A DNA stretch of 63,325 bases, filler included, from Saprolegnia diclina VS20 (taxonomy: Eukaryota), in assembly GCF_000281045.1 (NCBI RefSeq). It is 3 parts of one record of this genome, joined end to end, with 100 filler letters (N's around TTAATTAATTAA, not from the genome) between each part and the next. Parts side by side here need not be neighbours in the genome. Positions count along the whole stretch, not along the records: positions 38,260 to 63,325 come from NW_008246074.1; 2 more parts are not named here. One strand, given 5' to 3'. The position numbers were made by a program, and so were the translations under genes. Shown piece after piece: positions 43,749 to 54,805 of this stretch. Numbering within the stretch: the first letter of the stretch is position 1; the number at the start of each line of letters is the position of its first letter. The notes beneath the pieces were generated by a model. That model was not told the DNA's origin, searched no databases, and worked only from the letters and a program-made list of their open reading frames with translations.

Positions 43749-46042
43749 ATGGACGGCGAGTCGCCCGAGGTCCGAGTGTCGGTCGAGGCGCCGACCGATG
43801 GCTCGATGACCGAGCGCACGCGGGGCACGTACGGCGGCCGCCAGCGCTGGCTCATGCCGGGCACGCTCGACGGCAACCAGAGCATCGCGTCGCCCAAGAA
43901 GAGCACGTCCAAGAGGTACGCTGCAAGAAGAGATCCTCGCCATATGATCCAATTTGGACTTGTGTAGCAAGGTCACGGCGCCGTCGGTGCAGTCGTTCCT
44001 TGGCACGCTGGGCATCGGCCTCGGCGACGATCTTCAGATGGTCGACCGCGAAGCCAACGAAGTTGCTGCGTACCGTCGGGTTCGCTCCATGACCGTCGTC
44101 GGCACGCCGTGGTGCCACGTATTTGCGTAGGAGTTTGACTTGATCCGCAATGCCAACAGCCGCAAGGAGGCCGAGATCAAGGTGCTGCTGCCATATCCTT
44201 CTCCATCCACCGCATGCGGCGGTGCTGTAGAAAATCGGAGAAGCGCTCGCGGAAGCATCTTCGCTTCTCTCAAGCCGCAAGATGGATGGCATGGCCTTCC
44301 AGACCAAGGCCATCAACCTCGAGAACCGTGCGTCGGTGCGTCACGACCCTTTCGAGCTTGCTTTGTAGCCAGTATCTCAGTATATGAATGACTTAGTCGA
44401 TCGAAAACAAACTGGAAGACGAGCTCGCCGACCGCGGCGTGTACAGCCACATGATACAACGCCTTGCGCTCGAGGTCGCCAGCGCGTTCGTTCGCCAATG
44501 CCTCAATGCAGACGTAGGTGCAAGAGTCCAAGAAGCTGACGACGATCAAAGAAAAGGAACTCTACGCGCTGCAAAACGACTTTGCCGCGGGCTCGATGGC
44601 GCTGCAGACGGCGCGGGTTCGACTCGGAGAGTGGACGTATTTCGATTAATATTGTATTAGCAAGAGAAATGCACGGCCGAGACGACCCAGAAGAAGCTCG
44701 TCAAGCAGCTGCAAGACCTCCGTGACGAAAACAGCCGCGCGATTGAAGACATGGAGAGCGCGATCGAGAGCACGCGCAAGAAGCAAGACATGATCGAACA
44801 ACGAGAACTGAGCCGGCGCAAAGTGGCTCAAAATGTGACGGGCGAGCAAACCGCGCGCGAAACCAAGCGGCTGCGCCAAGAAAGCCAGATCCAGAGCGCG
44901 CAGTTTGCCCAGATCCAGACCGAACTCATGCAGACCGATGCCAAGCTCATTACGCTCGAGGTTCCTTGGCAATGCCGCCGAAACATTGACACATTTGGTG
45001 GCGTAGGCCGACTTGCGCCGGCTGAGCGAAGCCGCGGGCACCAACGATATCGACAAGATCATTGCCAAGTACCTCTCGCGCGAAGAGACCTTTCGAAACC
45101 TCAAGGAAGAGCATTCGATTGCCGACGCCAAGATGCGCAAGCTCCGTGAACTGTACAAGCAGCTCTCGGACCAACTCGCGACGCTGCGTGGGGCGACCAT
45201 GAACACGCGCGGCGCGTACCAAGAGATGGACGACACGGCCGAGAAGCTCAAGGAGATTGAGAAGAACGTGTCGGCGCTCCAAGAGCGTTGCAACCGCTCC
45301 AACGTTCTCGTACGGCGTCGTTGCTTGCAGAACATTTGAGGCATAAGCTGTGCTTTGTAGCTCGATGCGTTTCGATCGTGCATGGTCAAGTGCATGGCAA
45401 AAATGAGCTCGGTCCGAGGGTCCATGGAGCTCGAGAACGAGGTCGACCTCAACAAGGCCGGCGACATCTCGACGACCGACCTCGTGCATTTGGTACCTTG
45501 TCACTGTCACAGACGCTGGTGCGAACGCTGTTTTAGGTTGAGCAAAAGCTCAGCCGCATCCTTGATGTCATCAACCGAGAAAAGGCCGAGCACGAGTTGC
45601 ACCGGTCCGAAACCGTCTCGAATGGACATGGCAGCAACAACGCGGGCGACAGCAAGGGCCAGCAGCCGTCGCCCAACGAGACGGAAGAGCATTTCATTCT
45701 GCGTGTCTCGACGGCCGACAACTCGCAAGGCAACATTCGCGTACGAGTAGAACCGCGCGACGACAGGTGCTTACAGACCTCTATGCGCAGGTCCGGCCAA
45801 AGACGCAGCCCAAGGCCTCCAAGGTCGCCAAGATCCTGCGCCATTCCCAGGACCATAGCAACGAGGCGCTCAAGGAGCCAACGCGATCCAAGGACGACGA
45901 CGATGTGCCGCAGCCCGCGATCGAGACGAGCGACGAGCCGCTCATTGATCGCGCGATGCGCAAGAAGCTCGTCGGGCTCGTCATCAACCGCGGCAAGCGA
46001 GCCAAGAAAGGGTCAGGCACACCCGGGACCGGGCCCGCATAA
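43749..46042 (+). CDS. Coiled-coil protein resembling outer dynein arm docking complex subunits (ODAD/CCDC151/CCDC114 type), multi-exon
   Basis: Long heptad exons; LRRLSEAAGTNDIDKIIAKYLSREETFRNL; NIRV; basic tail RKKLVGLVINRGKRAKK. Confidence 0.6.
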
Positions 46043-46091
46043 CTTTACAAACACCCGCCTTTGTGACTCCCTTTGTATTCTGCATTTTTGT

Positions 46092-47809
46092 ATGGGAGAT
46101 GGACGACGTCGACCTTCGGTCATGACGTGGCAGGCGCCACGGCCGTTTCGCAGGCCCAAGGCCACCGTCGCGAGCGTCGATGCCATTGGTCCGTGCCCGA
46201 AGTTCGTAGTTACACTTTTTTGTTTGGCTCATGTCGCGACAAGGAGCGCTCCTGCCGCTGTACAAGCGGCTGGTCGGCGCCAAGCAGCTCCGCCCCGACG
46301 CCGCCCAAGAGGCCGTCGTGGGCCATCTCCAGAAGCTGCAGAAGCGCCTGACGTCGTACGAGCTGCCGTCGTCGGTACGCTACGTAGCATCGACGGAGGC
46401 TTATGCGGCCGATGCTAGGAACATGGCGCGATGCAGGTGCCGCGCGGCTTGTACCTCGTGGGCAAAGTGGGCACGGGCAAGTCGATGCTCATGGACCTCT
46501 TCTACGAGAGCCTCGCGACCAAGAAGCGGCGCGTGCACTTTAACGCGTTCTTGCTCGAAGTGCACCGACGTATCCATGCGCGCAAGCAGGAGCACTTGGC
46601 GACCTTTGGCCGGTCCGCGCACATTGAGCTCGAGCCCGAGCGCGATATCATCACGCTCATTGCGAAAGAAGTCGCTCAAGAAAGCCCGATTTTGTGCTTT
46701 GACGAATTTCAGGTAGCCTCGATCGTAACCTCGCTTGCACGTGACATGCCTAGGTCATTGACATCGCCGACGCCATGATCATGCGCAAATTCTTTGGCAC
46801 GCTCTTCAACCAAGGCACGGTCATGATCGCCACGTCCAACACGCACCCCAAGGTAGCTCCTCGGCTCCAATTCCTGTATTCAAAGAGGCTAGGATCTCTA
46901 CCCGGATGGCGTCAACCGAGAGTACTTTCTTCCGTTTCTCGACTTGCTCCAGCAGCACACGCGCGTACTGTCGATCGACTCGAGTACCGACCATCGACGC
47001 ATTGAAAAGGTGCAAGTACGGTGGGCCTTGCGGATGCAAACCTCACAGTGTAGCCGGTCGGCGAAACATATCTGTGCCCGTGGAGCGAGTCGGCAGATGC
47101 GTCCTTGAAGGCAGCCGCCGAGGCCTTGCTCCCGAAAGGCGCGCTGTTGTCGCTGCAGACGACGCCCGTCATGATGGGCCGGTCGCTCACGGTGCTGGGG
47201 TACCGTGACGTGGTGTGCGTCGCGAGCTTTCAAGAGCTCTGCAACACGGACAAGGGCGCGGCCGACTACAAGGCGCTCGCAGAGGCGTACGGCACCGTGG
47301 TCTTGCTCAACGTACCGCAGCTGACGATTCAAATGCACAACCAGGTACGTTGCTGTTTGTTGACTTTTTGTCGGTTTTTGTCGATTTTTGTCGATATTTG
47401 TCGATTTTCTCAAATGTTTCAAATTTTTGTGGTATCACAGAGACTCATATCGACGGGCTAGGCCCGACGCTTTATTACGCTGCTCGACGAGCTGTACGAG
47501 CACCGTGTGCGCCTTCTCTGCTCGGCCCACGTCAAGCCCGACGACCTCTTTGCGTTTAGCGGGGCGCCCAAGCCGCAGCGCCTCTCGCCGGAAGAGGTTG
47601 ATGCGCTGCGCAAGGCCAACAAGGCCGCCGGCGTTCCTGCCTTTAGCTCTTGGGACGGCCCGTCGGGCGCATTCGAGAACGACCCGTCGAACGAAAACCC
47701 CGTCAAGAACATGAGCTCGATGACCGACCTCCTGTATGCATGCAACCGCGCAGTCTCGCGCCTCCATGAGATGCGCACTGCGACGTACCAGACGCGCGCC
47801 CAGCGCTAG
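46092..47809 (+). CDS. AFG1: AFG1/LACE1/ZapE-family ATPase, multi-exon
   Basis: PRGLYLVGKVGTGKSMLMDLFY, KRRVHFNAF, LCFDEFQ|VIDIADA, ATSN, LYPDGVNREYFLPF, GAADY, ARRFITLLDELYE, RAVSRLHEM. Start may be 46122. Confidence 0.93.
47365..47410. repeat. About 10-bp tandem repeat (TTTTTGTCGA-like) in an enlarged AFG1 intron
   Basis: tttttgtcgg tttttgtcga tttttgtcga tatttgtcga read directly within the intron at about 47345-47461. Confidence 0.85.
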
Positions 47810-48358
47810 CTCGTATTCCGTGTATATACACAGTGTCCTTTTTTGGAGGACATACCATATGTACCTGTTCGGATGTCAAAGCTACGTGGTTTGGAGGTTA
47901 GGGTTGAGCCTATTGGCAACCTCAACCAACTAAAGTTTTGCACTGACAAGCTTCGGTCACGGCTAGTGGATTTCTCGGATGATCAATGGCTAGAGTCCCG
48001 AGTTTGGTTTACGCAGCCTCTCAAGCCTCCGGGTCCTCCTACGATTCCCTCTTCCCTTTTTCCTTCAACTTTGTTCCACTAGGGCTAGGTTTAGAATATT
48101 GTCGGACGATGGAGGGCAGCCGTGGAGACGAACGCAGAACCGACTACTGGACTACTGGGGGTGCATTGACTAAGCTTCCAGCCGTCTAAACCTATCCCTA
48201 GTACGAACGTCGAGGGAGAAATAGAATTGAGATGCGGAAGTGGGGTTTACGAAATATATACACTGGCATCACCGACACAGACAATTTTGGAATAAAGGTG
48301 CAAGAATGACAATATATCACGTTAATTAACGACGTACTATCTATCAATATGCAGCGGC

Positions 48359-49533
48359 TCATGGGCAGTAGGTGATGAGGAACGCCTCGTCTTCGCGACA
48401 GTCCTTCATCTTGAGGTCGTCGGTCGGGTACAGGTAGGCATCGGGGCACTGGTCGGCGAGGCACTCGACATAGAAGCAGTTGCCGGCCGTCGGGTCCTTG
48501 TTGTACTTGGTCGGTAGCATCGAGACGGGGACGTTGTAGCCCGAGATACCGCCCGAGAGGCGCATGCACTCTGCCCAGCTCACGCCGTTGCCACACCCCG
48601 GCGGAATGATGCTAATGTCGTACCAAATCATGCCCCCGAGCCGCGTCATTTCGACAAGCGTTGCTGACGCCGACCCTGTGTGCCGGAACATGGTGTGGTC
48701 GCCGGCGTTCAGCGGATACGTGCATTGACGACCCGAGCCCAGCGTGCAAATGGGCGTATCGACCTGGAAGAGATTGATCGTGTAGGGACACTTGTTGAGG
48801 AACGTCAGCGTCGGTGCCGGCGTCGGTGCTGGTGCCGGTGTCGGAGCCAATGTCGGCGCCGGCGTCGGTGTCGGTGTCGCCGCTTTGGTGGTCGTAGTCG
48901 GTGCCTCGGTGTTGGCGTCGGTGTCGGTGTCGCCGCTTTGGTGGTCGTAGTCGGTGCCGGTGCCTTGGTGGTTGTAGTTGGTGTCGGGGCCGGCGTCGGG
49001 CCAGTCGGTAGTTGGCTAGAAGGACTCGTCGCGGACGACGACGAACCGGACCCGCACGGCGCTGACGTTGCAATGGTATCGTCGTACGCTCCGCGCGCCG
49101 GCGTACCTGCCGTCGTGTTGCCCGCCGTCGCGTTCGTTTCGACAACCGTTGGCAGCGACGTGGTGGGCGTCGGCGTCACATACGTAGGGGCCTCTGTCGC
49201 ACCATTGAGGTTGGCGCGGGCGCCGTCGGACGTCGACGCGTCGTGGTACGAACCCGACGAGAGTCCGACCGAGAGACCGATGATCGCGGCTACAATCACT
49301 GCCGCTGCGCAAAGTAGCATCCACAGGCGTCGGCGCGCGTGGCGCAACCGGTTCGTCTCGGACTTTTCATCATCGTTCATGGGAGTCGAGAGCTGCACCA
49401 TGCCGTCCCAGATGGACGTGCGCGGAGGTGTCACCTTGACGCGGTAGAGGCCCGCGGCGTCAATTTCGGGCGCAACAAAGGCAACCATCTGCGTCTCTGG
49501 CGTCGCCGCGACCGGCATCGGTGTCGTACTCAT
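48359..49533 (-). CDS. Type II membrane thaumatin-like protein (TM, Thr/Pro stalk, thaumatin domain); frameshifted in the stalk
   Basis: TM LWMLLCAAAVIVAAIIGLSVGL. Domain TFLNKCPYTI...ATLVEMT..WYDISII..GYNVPVSM..CPDAYLYPTDD..ITYCP. The two ORFs are offset by a 53-nt-period duplication. Confidence 0.85.
48861..48958. repeat. 45-bp direct repeat with 53-nt period in the thaumatin stalk
   Basis: 48861-48905 equals 48914-48958. Confidence 0.9.
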
Positions 49534-50097
49534 CGCTTTAGAAAGTGACGTTCGTGAAGCATGTCAACGCGCCAAATATAACGTTGTGAAAGATACGCCG
49601 CCGTTTGATTGGCCAACGAAGGGGCACGGGTGTCTATTTTGAGCAATTCCAGGCCACTGCAACATAAACACGTGACAATTCTGTGCATCACCAACGGCAC
49701 CACCAGGCGTACTCGGCCGACGAGTTCAATCGTGAGGCAGCAGGGTGGTGCGCTGCAGAAAGACCTGATCGAACGCCTCAGATGAAGGGTCGAGCTTGAC
49801 ACAATCCCGGAAACTTCACAACATTGGCGCATAGTATTTACAAGTCGAAAGCGTCCATCGCGCGGCTCGTGTGCTCTTAAGTTTGCGAGCCGGTAAGCCA
49901 CCGGGGTATTGGCTGTTGATCGGGCTGGACAGAGCTCGCATTCACGCAGACGTACGCCGCCCTTGGACGTGCTCGTACTTGAAGACAACTTGACGTTGAC
50001 CGTGCAAACGTTCGAAGATATGAGCGACAGTGGATCTTGGTCGTGGTCGCGGATTGGCGAATCGATTCTCGAACAACACGTCTTTTGCTGGCGCCGC

Positions 50098-51060
50098 ATG
50101 GTGTGTACGGTGCCGGGGGCCATCGGTACTGTCGTTGCCTCCCTCCTTCTCGATGATAAATCGACACCCGACTCAATCAGTGTACATGTAGGCACGACGA
50201 CAGCCGTTGTCTCTCTCGCAACGCTTTTTTTCGCGCTCTTTTTACCGCAATGGTCGTCGACGACGTCGATCGTCATGTTGCCGTCGCCCGTCGACCGGTC
50301 GCTGCCGTCCGCGGCGGCGAACGCGACGCTGCACGTCGGCATCTGGGGTGCGTGCTTGGCCCTAACTTCGAACCGGTCCGACGCGACATTGTTCGAGCCC
50401 AATGCAATGTACACATGTGCAAGTCTCTTTGGCCACACGCTGGTGCAAGTCAACTGCACGTCGGGGCGGGACTTGGCCACGCGCAAGTGCACGCCGATGG
50501 CGACGCAGACGCTGCCAACGTCGCTCTGCCGCCAAACCCGAAACTGGGCAACGCTCAATTGGCACCAGTCGCTGCGCCCGACGGACGCGCCCGCCCGTGA
50601 TATTCGCGCCTACCTCAACGCGACCTGCGGCAGCATCGGCCGAGTCGTCGTCGGCACCGCCGGCCTCACGCTCACGTCGGCGTCAGCGTGCACGTTTTTG
50701 CTCTTGCTCGACAACCTCTGCTGCGTCTGCGTCTGCACGAAACGCCTCTTGCGGGGCGCGGTCGCGTGCGGCTACTGCACTGTCATGTGGGGCGTCTTGA
50801 TGCTTTGCGCGTGGCGCACCGAAGTCGGCCACCTCCCGAACGCGTGCTTTGCCTACACGGTCTACGCAGCGATGACGGCGCTCTGTGGGTTTGCCATCGC
50901 AACGTACTTTACTAAAGTCCACGCCGCCCTCGTGGTGCCACGGCCCATCAAGACGATGCACACAAAACTCTCGCGCGGCAGCGTCTACGTCGATACGCGC
51001 ACGGGTATGCACGTTCTCGTCCACGAGACGGTCTCCGAGCCGCCGCCGACCTACGTTTAG
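50098..51060 (+). CDS. Claudin/SUR7-like four-pass membrane protein with C-terminal PPxY
   Basis: TM1 ending LFLPQWS, LHVGIWGAC signature, Cys-rich loop, three more TMs, ends EPPPTYV*. Start may be 50020. Confidence 0.65.
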   Translation: MVCTVPGAIGTVVASLLLDDKSTPDSISVHVGTTTAVVSLATLFFALFLPQWSSTTSIVMLPSPVDRSLPSAAANATLHVGIWGACLALTSNRSDATLFEPNAMYTCASLFGHTLVQVNCTSGRDLATRKCTPMATQTLPTSLCRQTRNWATLNWHQSLRPTDAPARDIRAYLNATCGSIGRVVVGTAGLTLTSASACTFLLLLDNLCCVCVCTKRLLRGAVACGYCTVMWGVLMLCAWRTEVGHLPNACFAYTVYAAMTALCGFAIATYFTKVHAALVVPRPIKTMHTKLSRGSVYVDTRTGMHVLVHETVSEPPPTYV

Positions 51061-51752
51061 CAAGCTCTCCATAAGTTGCTTGGGCATATACGTCGTCGTA
51101 CACCGAGCACATGTTAGCCAAGAGATATGGCGTCAATGCACAAGAAAGGTATAGAATCACAAGGGGGAGTAGCGAATAAGCTAATCTTCAATGCGTGAAT
51201 TACGTTACGCTCGATATCCCAACGCGCCCATGCTCTGTACGAACCTATCTAGCTTCGTGTGACCGTATCCGCCTTGCTCCAAAGACAAAGGGAGGCAGTA
51301 CTCCCAAACTCCGGCGCGTGTACTAAGAGGCAAATAGGGAACTCGGGCTAACAGACTGCTGGAGGCCACAGGCTCCTGTACAGTCCCATCCGAACGGATT
51401 CTCGGTAGGACTATCTTGCTGATAGATTGATACAAACACATCGCCGTGTCTCGACCTAGTCGTTCTAGAGCCGTGGAGATACAAATATCCAGTACTCAAC
51501 CACTGTATGAGGCGTCTACCGCCACATTTCGTAAACGAGGAACTCTCGGACTGGCTAAGGTCGCTTGTACGAGCTATGAGCCTCTTTTGCACGTTGAAAT
51601 TTCCGACTTTGTTTCAAGCCTGCGTTGCTTTGGCACCTCCCGAGCTCGGTGTAGGTAGAGTATCAACGTTTTGCGCCAGCAAATTGGCTCGCAAACTTAA
51701 ACGCTCTCAGACGAGTCGCGCGATGGACGCTTGATTACGCCTTACGTGACAC

Positions 51753-53757
51753 TCAGCGGCCCTGCTTGGGCGCGGCCAACACGTCGGCAAAGTGCCGGCC
51801 GAGCTCAAGCGCCCGCTGGACGACGCGCACGTTGGCCTCGGCTGTTGAGAACGAGCGAATGAGGCGGTCGAGCGCGGCCACTTGGGTGGCATCGACGTGA
51901 CCCTGACTACGCGACTTGACGTGATTCGTCGGCTTGGCCGCGACGCTCTTCTCACTCGCATTGGGGGTGCTTGCTTGGGTGGACGCCGTGTGCTCGAGCC
52001 AGACGACGCACGCAGCGGCCTTGTCTCCTTTGCGCCACAAGAGAAGCGTCAAGTTGAACGCAGCGTGGCGAGAGGTCGGATACAAGCGTCGGCATTCGCG
52101 GAGCTTTACGATCGCGGTATCGACATCGTCTTGGCAGGCGAATGTGAGTGCATGGTTGTTGAGGACTTGGGCGTGCAGCGCTGGCGCGCTCTCGACGACG
52201 CCGAGGCCGTCGAGGCGGTCTACGGTCCACTTGCACTCGTCGAGGCGGCCGAGGCAGAGCAGCGCGTCGGCCTTATAGAGCACAACCACCGGATCCGACT
52301 CGACAAAGTGGCGTTGAAGCGCGGCGTCGGCGATTTGCAGCGCCTCTTTGTGCAAGTCGAGCTACGCAGCCTGAGTCTCCACGACGCGTTCAAGCCATAT
52401 CGGAGGATACCTCGAGGAGTACAAAGATGCGGTCGCGAATGAGCTGGGACAACTAGACGTGCTCGTGTCGATACGCGAACGACGCGTAGTAGCGAGGTAC
52501 CTGAAACGGGCTGGCGACCTCGAGCAGGTCACGGGCGTGCGTCAGGGCTTCAATAACCCGCTTTGCAGTTTCATACTCGTCTACACCACGTCCTTACGTA
52601 TGATGAATGGACACTACTGAACGTACGGCTCTCCAGACTCGTTGCGAGCAAGTGGCGCCGGACGCGGGTCGGCGTGGTCAAGCGAGGCGTGATGGTGAGT
52701 GCGGTCAACGGCGGCGGCACCAGTGCCTCGAGCACGAACTCCAGCATGTGCTGCATCTCGTGCCACTTGTTCATTTTGCCCAAGAGCAAGGCGTAGTTGA
52801 ACGCTGCATCTGGCTGGTCAAAGTCCATCTGCATGGCCCGCGCGAGGAGCTCGCCCGCTTCGCGGTAATCCCCGGCCTTGAAGGTGCCACCGCCTTGCGC
52901 CAAGATGAACGCATACAAGTTGCAGCTCGCTATAGGTTGGTAGTCGCCTGCAATCGCAGCTTCGAGGTGCGGGAGCAAATGTCGCAGGGCTGTCGTCGGC
53001 GTCCGGGCATGGACATGCAGCAACGCGTACCAGAACGAGAGCGCCGGCGTCGGGGCGGCCTCTGCCGTTTGCTCAAACCACAGAGTCGACAATACAGGAT
53101 GTGGATAACGTACCGATGCGCGTGAGGAGAGAGGCGAGCGCTGGCTGCGGGTCGTGGCCGTCGCGCAGGAGAGCGAGCGCGGCGTGCAGCATGCACGTCC
53201 TACAAGTGCCATGGGCCATTAACAGCGCGCAAGCATATTGCTACGTACTCGTCTGCGTAGGCGTGTGACGAGGCGTGTTGAAGGCCGTCCAAAAGGACCT
53301 TGGCCTCGTCGAACTGGCCATGTTGGAGATAACAGAACGCCAGAACGACGCCGGCGCCATCCAGCACAGGGTACGTTGGCAGGAGCTGGACGAGCAAAGT
53401 GGCATAGACAAACGGCGCGGCCTCAGTGGAAAGCCTTGATGCAAATATGCCCTTGGCGAGCAGGACGAGGCAGGCGTGGAGATGGGCTTGGGCCTGCTGG
53501 GACGGCAAGCCCGCGGTCGCCAGCGCCCAGCGGACGGCCTCGGTTGTCGCCTCGACCCAGCGACTCGCATCTGCCGCCGACCTTGTCCGAGTGTAGGCGT
53601 CTTCGAGCTCTTGCAGAAGGCGTGTAGCGTCCTTCCATGAGCCACAAGCCCCGATGGCCTGCACGACGGCGGATCCTGCCACCATGGCTCGTCGCCTGGG
53701 ATTGGCTGTCCGTCTAAATTCGTTGGATTGGTCAAAATGCAGCAATATATCCCACAT
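51753..53757 (-). CDS. TPR-repeat protein, multi-exon
   Basis: LAFCYLQHGQFDEAKVLL, DAAFNYALLLGKMNKW, VLYKADALLCLGRLDE, VLNNHALTFACQDDVDTA, AAFNLTLLLWRKG. Start 53757 or 53685. Confidence 0.75.
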
Positions 53758-53993
53758 GCAGCGTTTTGATTGGATACGTTTCAGGATGCCGGATTAGCAT
53801 CACGCTTGCAGGCTTCCACCGCGCTAGTACAAGCAATACACCTTGTAGACAATATTGCACATCTCTAAGGATCTAGGATTCAATTGAGTCAATCGGATTA
53901 TAAGTTATACACCAAGAACGAAATATACCGGATACGAACTTTGTTCGGATGTCTCGACACCCGGCGGTTGCACAACTCGTGACGGTTACCGCG

Positions 53994-54711
53994 ATGGCCG
54001 ACCACGTTGCCCCGGCGCCGCCCAGTCCGCAGCCAAGCCCGGTGCGGTCGTCGCACAGCCCGAATCGTAGCCCGACACACAGCCCCAAGCGCAGCCCGAC
54101 ACACAGCCCCAAGCGCAGCCCGACAAAGGAAACTCAAGCCCCCCCGGGGGGGCCCCCCAAAGGGTTTTGGGACGAGTGGCAGCACCGCATTGGCACGGCG
54201 TCCCTCGCACTCTCGCTCTTGATGCAGCTGTCGTATGTGGCGTTTCCAGCCTACAACTTTGCACTTGCGATCTGGGCGACTGTCCACCCTTTCTCGCACC
54301 ACAAGCATAATTCGCGCGGGACCGTCTTGTACGTCTCGGTGCTTTGCCTCTCGTGTGCGACCGACATTGTCTGGAGCGTGCTCTGGATTTCGGGCCAAGC
54401 CTTCCAGAATCTGATTTGCCAGCCCAATAGCATTGGCATTCTCCACTGCGACGGTCTGGGGAGCTTCCCCGGGTGCGGCACCAACCGGTTCGCTGCCGTC
54501 ATGTTCTTTGCCAACATTGTGCTCAAAGCCATCACGGCCGTGTGTGTGTGGAAGGTCTTTAGTCATTATCGTCTTGTCGTTCGGGTACATGACATGATGT
54601 ACATTGTAGGTCGTCACCGTTGAAACCCCGACGTTAGAAGCACTCGAACAGCCGCGCCACGCACTGCCTGCAGGCGCTCATGTCGTCGACGCCCCCTCCG
54701 AGCCCAAGTAG
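53994..54711 (+). CDS. AGTRAP-like small multi-pass membrane protein with N-terminal SP repeats; one intron (about 54554-54610)
   Basis: PAYNFALAIW, LSCATDIVW, NRFAAVMFFANIVLK; last exon ends APSEPK*. Start may be 53949. Confidence 0.65.
54054..54125 (+). repeat. 24-bp coding tandem repeat (HSPKRSPT x about 3)
   Basis: cacagccccaagcgcagcccgaca repeated, first copy diverged. Confidence 0.85.
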
Positions 54712-54805
54712 ACGTTGCGGCAGTCCAACATGCTACTCAAATACGTATATATCCGTCTACAGCTTGAATCGTCGGTGATTATAACAAAAAAGTACGAGCG
54801 AATGA

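Noticed and set aside
54138..54158. G-C7-G7-C6 palindrome
   Set aside because: Encodes APPGGPP in frame; low complexity is sufficient explanation.
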